A DNA stretch of 64,000 bases from Sminthopsis crassicaudata (GCF_048593235.1 NC_133617.1:326741988-326805987); one strand, 5' to 3'; positions 1-13,639 are shown, numbered from the stretch's first letter. Notes: a model not told the origin generated them from the letters alone. A program made the numbers and translations.

Positions 1-1420
1 AAGTTTATTTGAAAAATGCAGTTTAACAAACACATTTATTCTATTTTTCTTCAATTCTATATCATTGTCCATCTTCACTCTTTCTAAGATTATATATTAA
101 CAGAAAGTATATTCAACTGCAGAGGATAGTTAAGGCAATAGACATTTTTCATTTATCCATCCCACCATACAACTTAATGGTCCAATCTCTTTTTGAGTCA
201 TCATAGAGTCTTTCAGAGTCTTTGTGGGTATTTTTTAGCTTGGAAATGTTGAAAAAATAGAATTATTTTGCCAGAAGAAAGAATGGCAGAAATAGAGGAA
301 TCAAAAAGATAAAGTTGAAAACATAAGACAACTGGAAAAAAATATTTTGAACTTTATAAACAATGGATTGAGTATAACATTTATAGAAATATTTTAAAGA
401 GTTTTCAGATTCTACAAAAAATGTGAAAAAATTTAATGACTATTCTGGAAAATTATATGAGGAAGTTTATAAAAAAAATATTAAAAATCTAAAGACAGGG
501 AGTAGATTAATAAAATGCAATGAATATCTAGAAGAGATGGACCTAAGATGCAACTCACTCAAGCATGTAATTTTTTGTACTTAGAAAATTATAATGAAAA
601 ATGAGATTATTTTTATAGTTCACCAAGAAGAAAAACATCATATATCAAAACCATACCACATCAAAATTGCACTGATTTTTTATTTAATATGAGAAAAATG
701 ATGAGAAAAAAAATTTAAATATGATATATAGAATATCAGGGAAATAAAATTTTTATCATATCAGTTTCCCCACAAAAACTAAAGTTATTTGATAGACAAT
801 AATATGTTTAAAGACTTTCAGGAGTTTATGAAGAGATGATCTAGTTTCAGAATGTTTTTTTAATATACAGTGTTTAGTTTTATTTTATTTTGTTACTGGA
901 TCTCCTAGTCTGACCTAGTCTAGAAATGCATTGGCCTCTCATAGTTCTGATCACATTATTGATTTGTAGGGAAGCTCTGACCTGCTCTATTTCCAACATA
1001 AATGGGTTTTCTCTTTCCTTAGGCAAACATGATAATTTCCCTCTCCCAAGAGTTTAACATAATTGGTAATGGTCTTAGTGTGGTCACGGAATTGGCTTTA
1101 GTTTTACTATAGCCAGAGAAACCGAACTGTGATAGACCAGCCTCTTTTATAGCAGGGATTATAAGTATGTGCCACCCCTCCCAGCTGAGAGAAAATTCCA
1201 CTAAGATACAGACTATCAATCTCAATCCAATTCAAAGGATATTTGACCACCTTAATTCATTGTAAATCCTATACAGGAATAGAAAAAATATCAAGAATGT
1301 TATTTGGATTTAAAAACTTTCCCTTTGCAATCATGATGAAGTACAACAAAAGTGACAGAAAGTATTAGATGAACAATCTGCTTAATATAAGCAGTGTAGA
1401 GGTATAGGAAGAAAATAGCC

Positions 1421-1560
1421 TATTTTGGCATAGGGGCTCCTGATGAGGAAACTTTACCAGTGCAGATGGTACCTTTTCTGCATCTGACAGTCTTAGAGAG
1501 TTTTCCTAGGGCACCAAGAAGGTTAAATGATCTCACAGATAGTGTGTGGGTTAGAAATGT
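1421..1560 (+). mobile_element. Marsupial CORE-SINE-related repeat fragment (MdoRep1/WALLSI-like; family name uncertain)
   Basis: Motif 'tgatgaggaaactttaccagtgcag...tcttagagagttttcctagggcac...ggttaaatga'. Related copies at about 21035-21110, 62200-62370 and 63160-63290. Confidence 0.55.
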
Positions 1561-1644
1561 TGTTTTTATATGTAATAATCAGGCATAAGTGGCCAAAAAT
1601 GGAGAAAAATAAAATATTTAATAAAAGGTAGTGGTTTGTTCATG

Positions 1645-1786
1645 TTTTTTTTTTCTTAGACAATTAGAGTTAAGTGACTTGCCCAAGGTCACACGGCTAG
1701 GAAGTGTTTAGTGTCTGAGGCTAGATTTGAACTCATATCCTCCTAACTTTAGGGCTAGTGCTCTACTACACCACCTAGCTACCTTC
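1645..1786 (-). mobile_element. WSINE1-type CORE-SINE
   Basis: Reverse complement of the SINE seen at 46906-47053, with the poly(T) at its left end. Flanking direct repeats aaggtagtggtttgtt (1625-1640) and aaggtagtgttttttt (1787-1802) match at 14/16. Confidence 0.85.
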
Positions 1787-2429
1787 AAGGTAGTGTTTTT
1801 TTTTAGAGAGATAAAGAATAATTTGGTTGTGGCTATCAGAGATAAAGATGGGGGGAAATCAAGAAGAACGAAAATAAACAGTGGTGGCCATAGCCCATAT
1901 ACCACAATAAATTCCTAAAACTAAATATTAAGTGCATTATGAAAAATTAAAGAAAATATTACTTTTCTTGCAATTGCCAAGTGAACAACAACTTCCCATT
2001 CATTATACAGAAGATATGGAGACAAAACTAGATAAATTTAATTACATAAAAGCAGAGGCTTTTTTTCAGTAAAAAAAAATAATCCATTCAAAAAAAGAAA
2101 TAAGAGAAATAGATGCAAAGAAATAGGTTAAACCATACAACCCCAACTTTGCAATGTACATTTCTAGTAAAAGCATGACATTCCAATATAGATGTTTATT
2201 CATAAGATTTATTTCACAGAAATTTAAAGCATAGACAGTTTATGAAAGAGGAAACATTCAAAACTGTCTAATAAAGGAAATGCACTTTCAATACTTCCCT
2301 TCTATTCAATTTTCATCTATTCTTTAAGTTCTAAACTAAAAGTGCTATCTCCCCTAGGAAGCCTTCCTTAATTCCTCTAGTAGTAATGAGCATTCCCCTC
2401 TTAGATATTTACAGGTTATTTTGCTTATA

Positions 2430-2770
2430 TACTTACCACTTCTACATCTTGACTTTTGCACATTGTGATTTCCACATATTATGGGGTTGGGCATAAGATA
2501 TTAAATAGGAAACTTGGGGGGGGACGTTTGCAAAAGTCACAAATGGGTTGTGAAGGCCAGCAGGTGATAAGAGAAAAATGTTTAGAAACACAGAAATGTA
2601 TAAAAATATGTAGATAATATTGCATAAAAATCAGCATATTTTATTTTCTAATATTATAGTAATTTAGATTTCTTCTTTTGGTACAAAGGGAGGGCCACAA
2701 AATTTTTACGGGGATTTTCCAGATCACAGGACGCCACACTCCAAACCCTCAAGTGTGGAAGGGATAACTC
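2430..2770. mobile_element. Degenerate Tc1/mariner Tigger-like MITE (MarsTigger-like)
   Basis: Right end 'gtgtggaagggataact' and decayed left end 'cttaccacttctacat' resemble Tigger-type terminal inverted repeats. Family assignment is from memory. Confidence 0.45.
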
Positions 2771-5593
2771 TCTCTCTCTCTAGTGTGATATATGATTCTT
2801 CATTCATTAGTGTCATATCCTTCTACTAAACTGAAAAAAGAAATTTCATCTGGACTTGTTTCTTTTGATGTATATTGCCAAAAGACAATGATGACATACA
2901 TTTTTGACTTTCATCAACAGGGTGTTGTGATCGCCTCAGTGATTAATAATTGATAACTTTCAGGGAATGGATTACTTTCCCCTGTGATATAAACAGTAAT
3001 GAAGAAACACCTGCTTTTGTAGATGCTTTTAAAGTTTTCTTTGAAACCTCATGTTTCTCTTGAAGATGTCTAAAGAACTTTTTTTAGATATTCTGAAAAC
3101 ACTCCAGAACATATTTAATCTTACAAATGCAATAAAATCACATTATTGTCATCTAAGAACTGGCTATTTCAGCCAAGTTGCTCTGCATATTGTGTCCTGA
3201 GTGTATCTTTCATAAATATTACCTCAATACATGTGCCATTTCTATAGCCTAGAAGGCCTTTTCACTTTTTCTCTTTTGGATCTTCAAGGTCTAATATGAC
3301 TCATGTGTCTTCAAGTCTTCCTGGTTTAGAATCATGCTGCTTTCATTTGCTTTTCTTCCTCCTTTGTAGCACTCAAAAATTCATCAAATGCTGCTTTATG
3401 TAGTTAAACAATTTTAAATATAATGTTCTTATTGTGCCAACTAGATTTAATTTCCTTGAAGAAAAAAAATTATTACATTTCTTTGTGGCCTCCTATAGGA
3501 CCCTGATATAGTAGATACTTAAGTTCTGCTTATCTAAGTTTTATTACTTAAGTTCATAACATTCATTCTGAAAGTTTTGGCTAGTTTGACAGTTTTATTT
3601 TTTTCCCTTTCTGTGAATAAAACTAATTTATAATCTAAGTAGAATGAGAAGGGGAAAGGATTTTTAAGCTGCTTCAGAGAATAGATTTTTAAATAGTTTA
3701 AAAGCACCTACTTATGTGAAAAATATCTAAGGTGTTAATTACAAATCATTCTTATTCAAACCCATTAAAGAAGTACCCCCTAAAAAACCTCTACTTGGCA
3801 ATACTTTGTTAACATTGTTAATTATACATATTTAAAATAATAAAAACTTGTTTACTTTTAAAAATCTATAACTTAGAATTTTTGAAATCTTCAACTAGTC
3901 CTTCTAATTAGTTCAAAATTAAAGCAGTTTTTACTATTCAGAAAATCAGAAAACTTGCAAGAGGGGCATGCTAGATTTTTTTTCTCCCTCAGTATAAGAA
4001 GGTGGAAGGGCTTGTTGAGCTTCAAGTTAGTTTTCAGAATCCCCAGTGACTCAGATCTACAAGAATAATATGCCCACTTATCAGAACATCAATGCAAATG
4101 CAGTTGATAATGCTGTTTCCCCCTCACTGTCATTTCAGGGAGGAGGATTTGGGTAAAAGTAAATCAGCCTAGGAGATTCTTATTTTTTTATTTGTCTTTT
4201 TGGAGGATTCCCATGGAAGGTTTGAATCAAACCATTGCCTGAGGATAATGAGAGAATAGTATGATAGGGAGTTTAGTACTAGAAAATCATTTTTAGTTAC
4301 CACTTTGTGGATGCCCTCTGTATTAGCCATCATTACCCTTTCTCCTCTGTAGATTTTTGAGTGGCCATTATTGCATTAATTGCATATAAGAGGAATGCAA
4401 AATCATCTCTTTTAAGCAGTGGAGATTATGGATTGTGTCTTTTTTTTAATCAAAGCAGGTCCCTTTCCCATCCTCACTACCCTTAACAAAGCTTTGATTA
4501 GTGCTTTTTCCAGCAGAGCAGTCTAATATCAAACTGTGAAATCATTCTCAGTGTGCTGTATATAAATATGGCACAATAGAGAATAGGCATATAATTAACT
4601 GAATGTTCTATCCACATGTCAAATTGATTACATATTGCAATGTTTTCATCCAGCATTTCAGAGTGCTTCTTCAGTGACACAATTTTAATTCAATAACACA
4701 ATTGAAAACATCCTAAAGAATAGATTCTAGCTAAACACATTTTTCGAAGGAGGCCACTTCTTAGGTGCAGGTGTTCTCTCTTGTGACACTAGTGAGTAAT
4801 CCCACCTGTCACTACTGAGCAGTATAAATCATTGCACTACAAATCTATTAGCTTATGATTCAATATCTGGCTTCCTTTCTGTAAAAACAAAGTTGAAAAC
4901 AGTATTATAGATTGCATGATTTAATGCTCACCGGACTGAAGGACAGAATGAATCCGCTTTTTTGGCAATACTCAGCTCAGTTCATCCAGAGCATATGTTA
5001 TTTTTAAAGAGGAATTTAGGTAATGTGTGGGGAAGGTATATTAACTCTTTCAGATAACTGAATGACAACAGCTTTATAAATAGTATTCCTGAGGTCTGAA
5101 AGAGGTAATTCACTTTCCCTAGAGTTTATGTGTGCTCACTGTGACAGGCAGACAGAGAATCTGTTTTCTCGTCTGATCTTGAGTCTTTGATTTCAACCTT
5201 CTGGGTCTCACTTCCTGCATGGAAAATGAGGGTAATACTGACTGCTTGTTTCCTTTCACCTGCCTTCTGTGTTTAAGGGCAAATCTTACTGGTAAACAGT
5301 GTGCATCTTTGAGTTTATTTTTGCAACAATACATGATAACTGTAATGATCACAATGTCTTTCCAGTTTTCTACTGAAGTCTCTTCCCCAGAGAAATAGAG
5401 GACCATAAATCACAAAGCTCAAAGCTTACTGTTATTCAATTCCTGTTGATGTACTTTTGTTTAAGTCTATCTTAGTTCAGATTGACCTTTTGTTACTTAC
5501 TAGACTGTGTCTGAACAACAAATCTTTTTAATATAATCACCAAATTGGAAAGAACCTCAAACTCCATCTAGTTCAAACTACACCTAAATAAGG

Positions 5594-5642
<49 letters not shown>
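5594..5642. repeat. (ATC)n microsatellite
   Basis: About 16 perfect units, adjacent to a MIR tail. Confidence 0.95.
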
Positions 5643-5644
5643 CA

Positions 5645-5790
5645 ACTAGCATTTTATGGAGCTTTAAGGTTTGCAAAGCATATTACAGGTATAATCTCAT
5701 TTCATTATTTCAACAGCCTTTAGAGGTAAAGAAATTGAGGCAAAAATTAAATGACTTGCCTAAGGTCACACAACTTGTAAATGCAAACAT
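5645..5790 (-). mobile_element. MIR SINE fragment
   Basis: Contains 'gcattttatggagctttaaggtttgcaaagc...gaaattgaggc...aaatgacttgcctaaggtcacacaac'. Similar MIR remnants at about 19290-19490, 24940-25130, 37380-37600, 41880-42125 and 46680-47090. Confidence 0.75.
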
Positions 5791-7042
5791 ACCCAATAAG
5801 TGGCACCCAACTTTTGTTGAAATGCCTCTCACAAAGGAGGATGCATTTTCTCTTTAAAAGCATTCTATTTCACTTTTAGATAGGTCTTGTTATTAGGAAG
5901 TTTTCCCTTACCTCAGGCCTAATTTTGCCTCTTTTCTCCTTCTGTCCCCTTTCATCTGTTCTGATTTCTGGAGACATGCAGAACAAATCTTGATGTCATC
6001 CCTTCAGAATTTTGGAGAAAACTACTGTCACCTCTAACCCTGACTAAGAAAGATAGATAAGAGACACATAAAGTATTTATTAAGCATTTATTATATATCA
6101 GGCAATATGATGAGTACTAGGTACACAAATAATGGCAAATAAGACATTCCCTTATCTCAGGAAGTTGGGGAAGACAATACATAATAGGGAGCTGATGGAG
6201 AAAAGGAGAGAGGAGAAAGAGTAATGGTGGGTCCATGGGTAGGAAGTAGTGTAGAGATCTAGTTTTCATTAAGATAAGGTGAAAAGTCATCTCTCAGAGC
6301 CTACCCTCCTCAGGACCACAGTTCAAATTTTAGGAGTCTTTTGATAGTATGAATAGGGATAGTTGAATAGGGTTTGCAGTGGAGATAGTTGAAAGTTGTA
6401 TGAATCATGGAATTACAAATTTAGATTATCTAGTCCAGCCTCATCAATTCATACTTGATGAAAGCCAGGCCCAAGGTCATCTAGGTAGTAAGTGAGAGTG
6501 CCAATTTTTGAACCTAAGTCATGTAAAACTAGATCCAGCACTTTCCCACTGATCCATAATTTTTTTACTTAGAATTTATAATCCTGTTTAAGAAGCAAAA
6601 GAAAAAATATTTAAATAATTCAAGGTAATACATGCTAAGTGCCAAATCAATACTTCAGGGACTTACTTCAGAAGAAAGAATAGCCATTGGTTTGGGCAGC
6701 TGGTCAAAAAATGCTTCTTACAGTAGTGGGGGATATGTGCTAGCCTTTAAAGAATTTTCAGAATGAGAAGCATTTCAATTAACCAAAGTGCCATTATATA
6801 TCAGAAGCTATACTAATTATTGGTTATATAGACAGCAACAACAAAATCACAGCCCATGCTTTCAAGTAGCTTTCATTTTATTGGAAGGATACAACACATT
6901 AGTAGATGTATAAGTATAGGATATATGCAAAATAAACTAAAAGTTATTGGGGAGGAGAAGCTAATAATTGGGAAAATCAAGAAAGATCTCTTGAAGGAGT
7001 TGGCATTAGTCATGAATTTTAACTGAGGAATCCAAAAGATCT

Positions 7043-7046
<4 letters not shown>

Positions 7047-7110
<64 letters not shown>
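7047..7110. repeat. (TC)n microsatellite
   Basis: About 32 perfect units. Confidence 0.95.
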
Positions 7111-7112
<2 letters not shown>

Positions 7113-7383
7113 CTGTGCTAGCTATTATCTTAAATAATATCATAAATAGATATCTTAAATAATGAGTCGGCACATTGCATTGGTAGGAAATACAACATGC
7201 AGTGTTACAAAGGCAGAAAATGGAACGGTAAGGAGGGCATTTGGTTAAAAGATAGAATGAAAGGGAAAGCAGTAAGGGAGACAATTATCAAAAGATAATG
7301 AGCAGACATCTAGTAAGCAATGAGAGATATGGGACTGAGACTCAGGGGAGAAATGAAGACTATATATATAGTCTATATATGCT

Positions 7384-7384
<1 letters not shown>

Positions 7385-7449
<65 letters not shown>
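7385..7449. repeat. (GATA)n microsatellite
   Basis: About 16 TAGA units. Confidence 0.95.
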
Positions 7450-7481
7450 TTCATAGTCTTCCATAAAGAGATGATCATTGA

Positions 7482-8208
7482 CTTTTGGCCCAGCAATATT
7501 GCTACCGGGTTTGTATCCCAAAGAGATCTTAAAGGGAAAGAGATCTGTATGTGCAAGAATGTTTATGGCAGCCCTCTTTGTGGTGGCCAGAAATTGGAAA
7601 CTACGTGGATGCTCATCAACTGGAGATTGGCTGAATAAATTGTGGTATATGAATATTTTGGAATATTATTATTCTGTAAGAAATGACCAACAGGATGATT
7701 TCAGAAAGGCCTGGAGAGACTTACATGAACTGATGCTGAGTGAAATGAGTAGGACCAGGAAATCATTGTACACTTCAACAACAATACTATATATGATGAT
7801 CAATTCTGATGGATGTGGCGATTTTCAACAATGAGATGAACCAAATCAGTTCCAATAGAGGAGTAATGAACTGCAAAAGAACTCTGGGAGATGACTATGA
7901 ACCACTACATAGAATTCCCAATCCCTCTAATTTTGTCCGCCTGCATTTTGGATTTCCTTCACAGGCTAATTGTACACTATTTCAAAGTCTGATTTTTTTT
8001 GTACAGCAAAACAACTGTTTGGACATGTATACATATATTGTATTTAATTTATACTCTAACATATTTATAACATGTATTGGTCAACCTGCCATCTGGGGGG
8101 CAGGGAGGAGGGGAAAAATTAGAACAAAAGGTTTGGCAATTGTCAATGTTGTAAAATTACACATGCATATACTTGGTAAATAAAAACTATTAAAATATTA
8201 AAAAAAAA
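7482..8208 (+). mobile_element. 5'-truncated L1 (ORF2 C-terminus plus 3' UTR)
   Basis: ORF 7478-7834 (LLGLYPKE...MFMAALFVVARNWK...WLNKLWYM) is the L1 ORF2 C-terminus. G-rich tract, AATAAA at 8179-8184 and an A tail. TSD agatgatcattga (7469-7481) / agatgatcgttga (8209-8221). Confidence 0.92.
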
Positions 8209-8537
8209 AGATGATCGTTGAATTCATAGGCGATAATGCAATTGCCAATTCTTCTACATTCTGTCAAACAAGTAGAGGAGAGAACCCAAGACAGATACAA
8301 TTGTTAGGGCACAGATGATGATCTAACAAAATAAGACCAAGGAGTGGTCAGATAATTAGGAAGAGAATAGTGACAGACCATTGTCCTGAAAATGTGAGGA
8401 AGAGATCTTATCCAAAAGGAAGGGGTGGTCAACAATGTCAAATGTTGCAGAGGTCAAGATGTGTGACAACAAGAGATGGGAATTTATAGTAAAGAATTCT
8501 TTGGTGACTTTGAAGAAAAGTTTCAAGGCAGTGGTGG

Positions 8538-8919
8538 TGTTATGTTCTTACTAAGTGCTAAGTTGGTACTTAACAATTCTCTAGTTCACATCTTTGGTTC
8601 CGGCCTTTGAAGTTTACACATTTGAAGTTTTGAAAAGGAGTTTACACACCCTTTAAAAGGAGCAAGTTCATTGGTTGAAGTAATTTTCCCACAAGCCCCT
8701 GAGTTCTCACATGCCCATTCTCTGGGTGGATAAAAGAGGCAACATTGGGCCTGAAGAGGAGTCTAGTCTGGGACTGAGTTGAGATGGCAGTCCCCAAGGA
8801 CAACTTTGAGATGACCAGACCTTCACATATTGGCGCCCACAACGTGGAGCAAGGACTTTTGCTTATCCTGACAAGGACTTATTCTGAACCCTTCAGGGGA
8901 GCTAGCCCGGACCTTGACA
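8538..8919 (+). mobile_element. ERV solo-LTR-like insertion with an internal tRNA-Lys PBS-like sequence
   Basis: TGT...ACA termini. 6-bp TSD tggtgg (8532-8537) / tgatgg (8920-8925). GATAAAA at 8729. Segment 8854-8872 matches the 32278-32614 LTR at 18/19. Host L2 sequence resumes on both sides. Confidence 0.8.
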
Positions 8920-9889
8920 TGATGGGAATGAGCACCACATTTCAAATGGTCAAGAAGTGGGTGGAAGTGTGAAGCAGAAGTAATGAGTGTGGAAATATAG
9001 GGAGAAGTTTCCTGGATGTGAAGGCTAAAGAGATAAAAAATAATAGCTTGAAGTGATTGATGGTTGGGCCAAATGAAAGTTTATTTTATTTTATTAAGAA
9101 TAGAAGAATCCTAAGCATATTTCTAAGCATCCAGGAAAGTCAGTGAGTAAGAGGAGTTAAAAATTAGGGAGAGAGAGAGAAAACAATTAAAAAAATGAAG
9201 AGATGGGATCCAAAGTACAAGGAGAAATGTTATTGCTCCAGGAGAGGGAAAGAAGGAAGCAATGGGGGATTATGTTGAGTTGGAATTAGGAATGAGAAGG
9301 ACTCTATGCCAGATGGTAAATTTTTCAGTGAGTATATAGATGATATTCTATGGTAACACTAAATAGAAGAGTAGTGCAGGTGCATAGCAAAAAATAGACT
9401 TTGAATAGGCATGTTGTGGAGTGTGATAGAGAGCTTATCAGGCCTGAGGCACAGTAGTTAGGTGCCAGCTAAATTGAAGTACACTCAGACAACAAAGTGT
9501 GTCATTTTATTCATTAGCATTCAGCAATATGAAGAGCAGAATAGGCAGTGGGAGTAATTCAGATTGGTACTTGAAAAATGATGAGTAGCCTTTGGACAAT
9601 GGAGTAAGAAAATTCAAAGGCAGGGTCAGTAGAAAGTGGAATTGGTCAATTAATTGATCAAGATTTTGAAAAATTAATGAAGCCAAATTTCCTAAGTAAT
9701 AACCTAAGGAAAAAACAAGGGTTGAAATGACTAGAAGTTACCTGGAATATATAGAATATACTTTGGAATGGTGAAGTGTTAGGAGAGTTGAAATGATTTG
9801 AGGTTATAGTCAGAGAAAGGAGTATTAAAGTTATGAGTTATGACAGTGGAAAACTCCTTGATAGTGTTGAAATCAAGGTTATAGATCAT

Positions 9890-10100
9890 GTTTAATGGAT
9901 AGAGAGCTGGACCTGGAAACAGAAAAATCTGAGTTCAATTCTGACCTCAGACATTTATTAACTGTGTGAACTTGGGTAAGTCATTTAATTTTGTTTGCCT
10001 CCATTTTTTTTATCTTTAAAATGAGCAGTAAGAATGCCAAACCACTTTGTCAAGAAAATCTCAATTAAGTGTCATGTAGTCAGATATGACTGACAATAAT
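9890..10100 (+). mobile_element. MAR1-type CORE-SINE
   Basis: tRNA-like head, CORE ('actgtgtgaacttgggtaagtcattt') and BovB-like tail ('gccaaaccactttgtcaagaaaatc...gtcagatatgactga'). Similar copies at about 18790-19030 (-), 25385-25785 (-), 57630-57825 (+) and 61610-61710 (-). Confidence 0.7.
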
Positions 10101-12026
10101 AATTATAGAGTTGGAATTGAGGGATTTCAGAGATTAATCCAATTATATCATTTTATACCGAAAGAAACTGAGGCTGACACGTTAAGATCTATCACTTTCC
10201 AAAAATCACACAGAGATACTAAGTGACAGAGGCAAAATACAAACCCAGATTATCTGAATCCATATCACAGCTTCTTTTCATTGAATTACACTGACCAAAA
10301 GTGTATGGTTGAGATGGGGTGAAGATGTAGCTCATGAAGTTTAAGAAATTACTGAACTTAGTATTAAGAATATTTGAAAGGTTTTCAAAGATAAAGTATA
10401 AAGGGGGTGGGAAAGACACGCCAAGTTTAGAGGCAAAATTTAAGTACACTGCAAAGTTCCTGTTGGGAGGTAGTGACAGTTAATTTGGACAGTTACATTG
10501 GGTCCATATTTTGAAGAGATATGAATGTCAAATTACAAAATTTGAACTTGCCTTGTGAAAAATCATAAGGCAAGGGCATGATGAAAGAACTATTTTGAGG
10601 AAGATTAATTGGAAAGCGAGAGAGTACCTAAGATGAAGAGAGACTACAGTCAGGAAAACTGTTGAAGAATCTTTGCAATGGGCCAAGGGTGAGGATTTAT
10701 AATCTGAATCTGGGGTAATGACTTGGAGAAGAAAAATAGGTGAATTACTATCCTGTAGTCTGAATAGGAGGGGTAAACAAGGGTAAATAAAAGATGACTT
10801 TCAAGTTTCAAGCATGGATCATTGGGAGAAAGATGGCCCCCTTGATTCGGTGCCAGGCATGCATCTTGTGAATAATAGACTTGTGATAATTATTTGTTGA
10901 TTATCTGTCTGACTGATTGGTTGAGTGGGGAAAAAACCCCCAAAGAAATGAGAAGGGAAAACTGACTTTGGAAAGAAGAACATTAGTTTGATTTTCGACA
11001 TAGCAAGTTTGAAATGACAGAGAGATAGATATTAAGATAGGAATATTCATCTGGCAAGTTGAAGATGTACGAAGAAGATAAAGATTTGGGAGTTATCCAG
11101 ATAGTGATGTGGGAGTTATCCACATAGTGATAATTGAAACCATAAGGATAAATGAATAATTCTAGGGAGAGTGTTGAAAGAGAAGAGCAGAGGGTTGAGG
11201 ACTTAGAAAACAGAAAATTTGGAAAAGAACCAGTATAATTTTATATCTTGTTGAAGTGGCCAAGGGAAGAAGTTCCAAAGAAGGATGTGTGGCCAAGAGC
11301 ATCAAATACTGAAGAGTTCATTGATTTAATTAATAATCATCAGTTTTGGGGAGCCTGTTGCCAAAGAAGTACATGATAAAATCTTTGTCCTTAAGACATT
11401 TATAATTTGACTGGGAAATGATTTATGCACAAGAAATAAATAGAGAACAATATAGTACAATTTAATTAAGTGATAATTATACGTATAGAGTACTACAACT
11501 CATGTCTGGAGACCTGAGGAAAATGTATGGGTATGAATAGTCAGAGAAACTTTCATGGAGAAATGTGGGCCTTGAAATTAGAGAGTTGAAAGATGAGTAG
11601 AATTGAATAGAAAGAACAGAAGAAAGAGGTCATTTCAGGTAAAAGTTTGGAGGCAGAGTGAAACAGGCTTTGTATTAAGGAACTGGGCAGGGGGCAGGTT
11701 CTACCCAATTGTGAGAAAAGGCTATTGTAAACAATGAAGCATTACATAAATCTGAGCTATTGTTATTACTGTTGTTATTACTAACAAAGGATAGAAAGGA
11801 TATTGTAGAAATCATCTCATAGAAGACATGAATATCAGACTGAAGAGTTTAGACTTGATATGTCAATAAACAGTTTCTTGAATAGAAGGCTCATGTGATA
11901 AAGGCTTGATTATTAGGATGATTAATTTGCTATCAATATATAGGCTACATTGGAAGCAGCACTACTTCAGTAGGTAGTGTGAAAATGTTGAGTCAAGTCA
12001 CCATCTTGAAAGGTTAGGTTATTTCC

Positions 12027-13151
12027 CAAATTGGGGAAAATATTTTTAAAGTTAAAGGTTCTGATAAAGGTCTCATTTCCAAAATATATAGAGAATTGAC
12101 TTTAATTTATAAGAAATCAAGCCATTCTCCAATTGATAAATGGTCAGAGGATATGAGCAGACAATTTTCAGATGATGAAACTAAAACTATATCCACTCAT
12201 ATGAAAGTGTTCCAAATCACTACTGATCAGAGAAATGCAAATTAAGACAACTCTGAGATACCACTACACACCTGTCAGATTGGCTAAGATGACAGGGAAC
12301 AAATAATGATGAATGTTGGAGGGGGATGTGGGAAAACTGGGACACTGATGCATTGTTGGTGGAGTTGTGAAAGAATCCAATCATTCTGGAGAGCAATTTG
12401 GAACTATGCCCAAAAAGTTATCAAAATGTGCATACCCTTTGATCCAGGATTGCTGTTATTGGGCTTATATCCCAAAGAAATACTAAGGAGGGGAAAGGGA
12501 CCTGTATGTGCCAAAATGTTTGTGGCAGCTCTTTTTGTTGTAGCTAGAAACTGGAAGTTGAATGGATGTCCATCAATTGGAGAATGGTTGGGTAAATTAT
12601 GGTATATGAAGGCTATGGAATAATATTGCTCTGTAAGAAATGACCAGCAGGAGGAATACAGAGAGTCTTGGAGAGACTTACATCAACTGATGGTGAGTGA
12701 AATGAGCAGAACCAGAAGATCACTGTACACTTCAATGTTGTATGAAGATGTATTCTAATGGAAGTGGATATCTTCGACATAAAGAAGATCCAACTCACTT
12801 CCAGCTGATCAATGATGGACAGAAACAACTACACGCAGAGAAGGAACACTGGGAAGTGAATGTAAAATATTAGCACTACTGTCTTTTTACTCAGGTTACT
12901 TCTACCTTCGGAATCCAATACTTAATGTGCAACAAGAAAATTGGATTTACACACATATATTATATCTAGGTTATACTGCAACACATGTAAAATGTATGAG
13001 ATTGCCTGTTATCTATGGGAGGGAGTAGAAGGAGGAAGGGGAAAATCTGGAAAAATGAATACAAGGGATAATGTTATAAAAAAATTACTCATGTATATAT
13101 ACTGTCAAAAATGTATAATTATTAAATTAATAAAATTTAAGAAAAAAGAAA
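12027..13151 (+). mobile_element. Young 5'-truncated L1 (ORF2 Cys-rich C-terminus plus 3' UTR)
   Basis: ORF 12306-12623 (CGKTGTLMHCWWSC...FDPGLLLLGLYPKE...) is L1 ORF2. 19-bp TSD gaaaggttaggttatttcc (12008-12026) / gaaaagttaggttatttcc (13152-13170). Endonuclease-like site TT/GAAA. Confidence 0.95.
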
Positions 13152-13639
13152 GAAAAGTTAGGTTATTTCCATTACAATTGAGTTTACACCTCCATTTTAT
13201 AGATATTTTGGGGCAGGCAGTGCGTAGTGAGGAGTATAAGGAGAAAAACAAAGACTATATTGCTAGTGTTTATAAATTTTAATAGTTCCTTAGGAAATTG
13301 ATTCTCATCTTAGTGAGTCTAGAGTTTGATAACAGGGTAGTTGTGTAGCCAAGACCCCTTGAAGATGAATTTTTGATTTTAAGAGTTCATGACTCTATAT
13401 TTTCCCTATGTCACTGATCCCTGATCAGTAGGAATTGTGTTTATATTTCTCTTCCCTCAGGAATCTGTGTTCTGTAGCTATAGTTGTAACTTTCCCATTG
13501 GGTATTCATTCATGTGTGATAAGTGATTTCTGGTATCAAGTAAAGAAATGATTAGACCCCTCCAGAAAGAGGTAAATATCTGTGATATAACATTGTCTGA
13601 CATATTTATCATTTAATTTTAGGAGTGAATTAAGAGTTT

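Larger units (their letters stand above)
6060..11330 (-). mobile_element. Fragmented ancient L2 LINE sequence, interrupted by younger insertions
   Basis: L2 3'-end motif 'tattaagcatttattatatatcaggc' near 6080, plus purine-rich L2 body motifs ('ttggtgactttgaagaaaagtttc', 'gatttggggagttatcc'). Boundaries are approximate. Other L2 remnants at about 16300-16740, 27230-27690, 28040-28470, 38300-39250, 41730-41830, 42390-42660, 43440-43620 and 51310-51500. Confidence 0.6.

Noticed and set aside
180-860. Very A-rich stretch resembling a decayed LINE ORF2 or transposase
   Set aside because: No frame or motif could be recognised, so the family cannot be supported.
7357-7374. Perfect 18-bp palindrome agactatatatatagtct
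   Set aside because: It is driven by a (TA)n core next to a microsatellite and is expected by chance.
7006-7556. ORFs with ERERER and IYLSIYLS repeats (also 14693-14983, 14724-14927 and 47193-47492)
   Set aside because: These are translations of microsatellites.
7478-7834. ORFs of 105-118 aa (also 12306-12623)
   Set aside because: They are L1 ORF2 C-terminal remnants within TSD-bounded insertions, not host genes.
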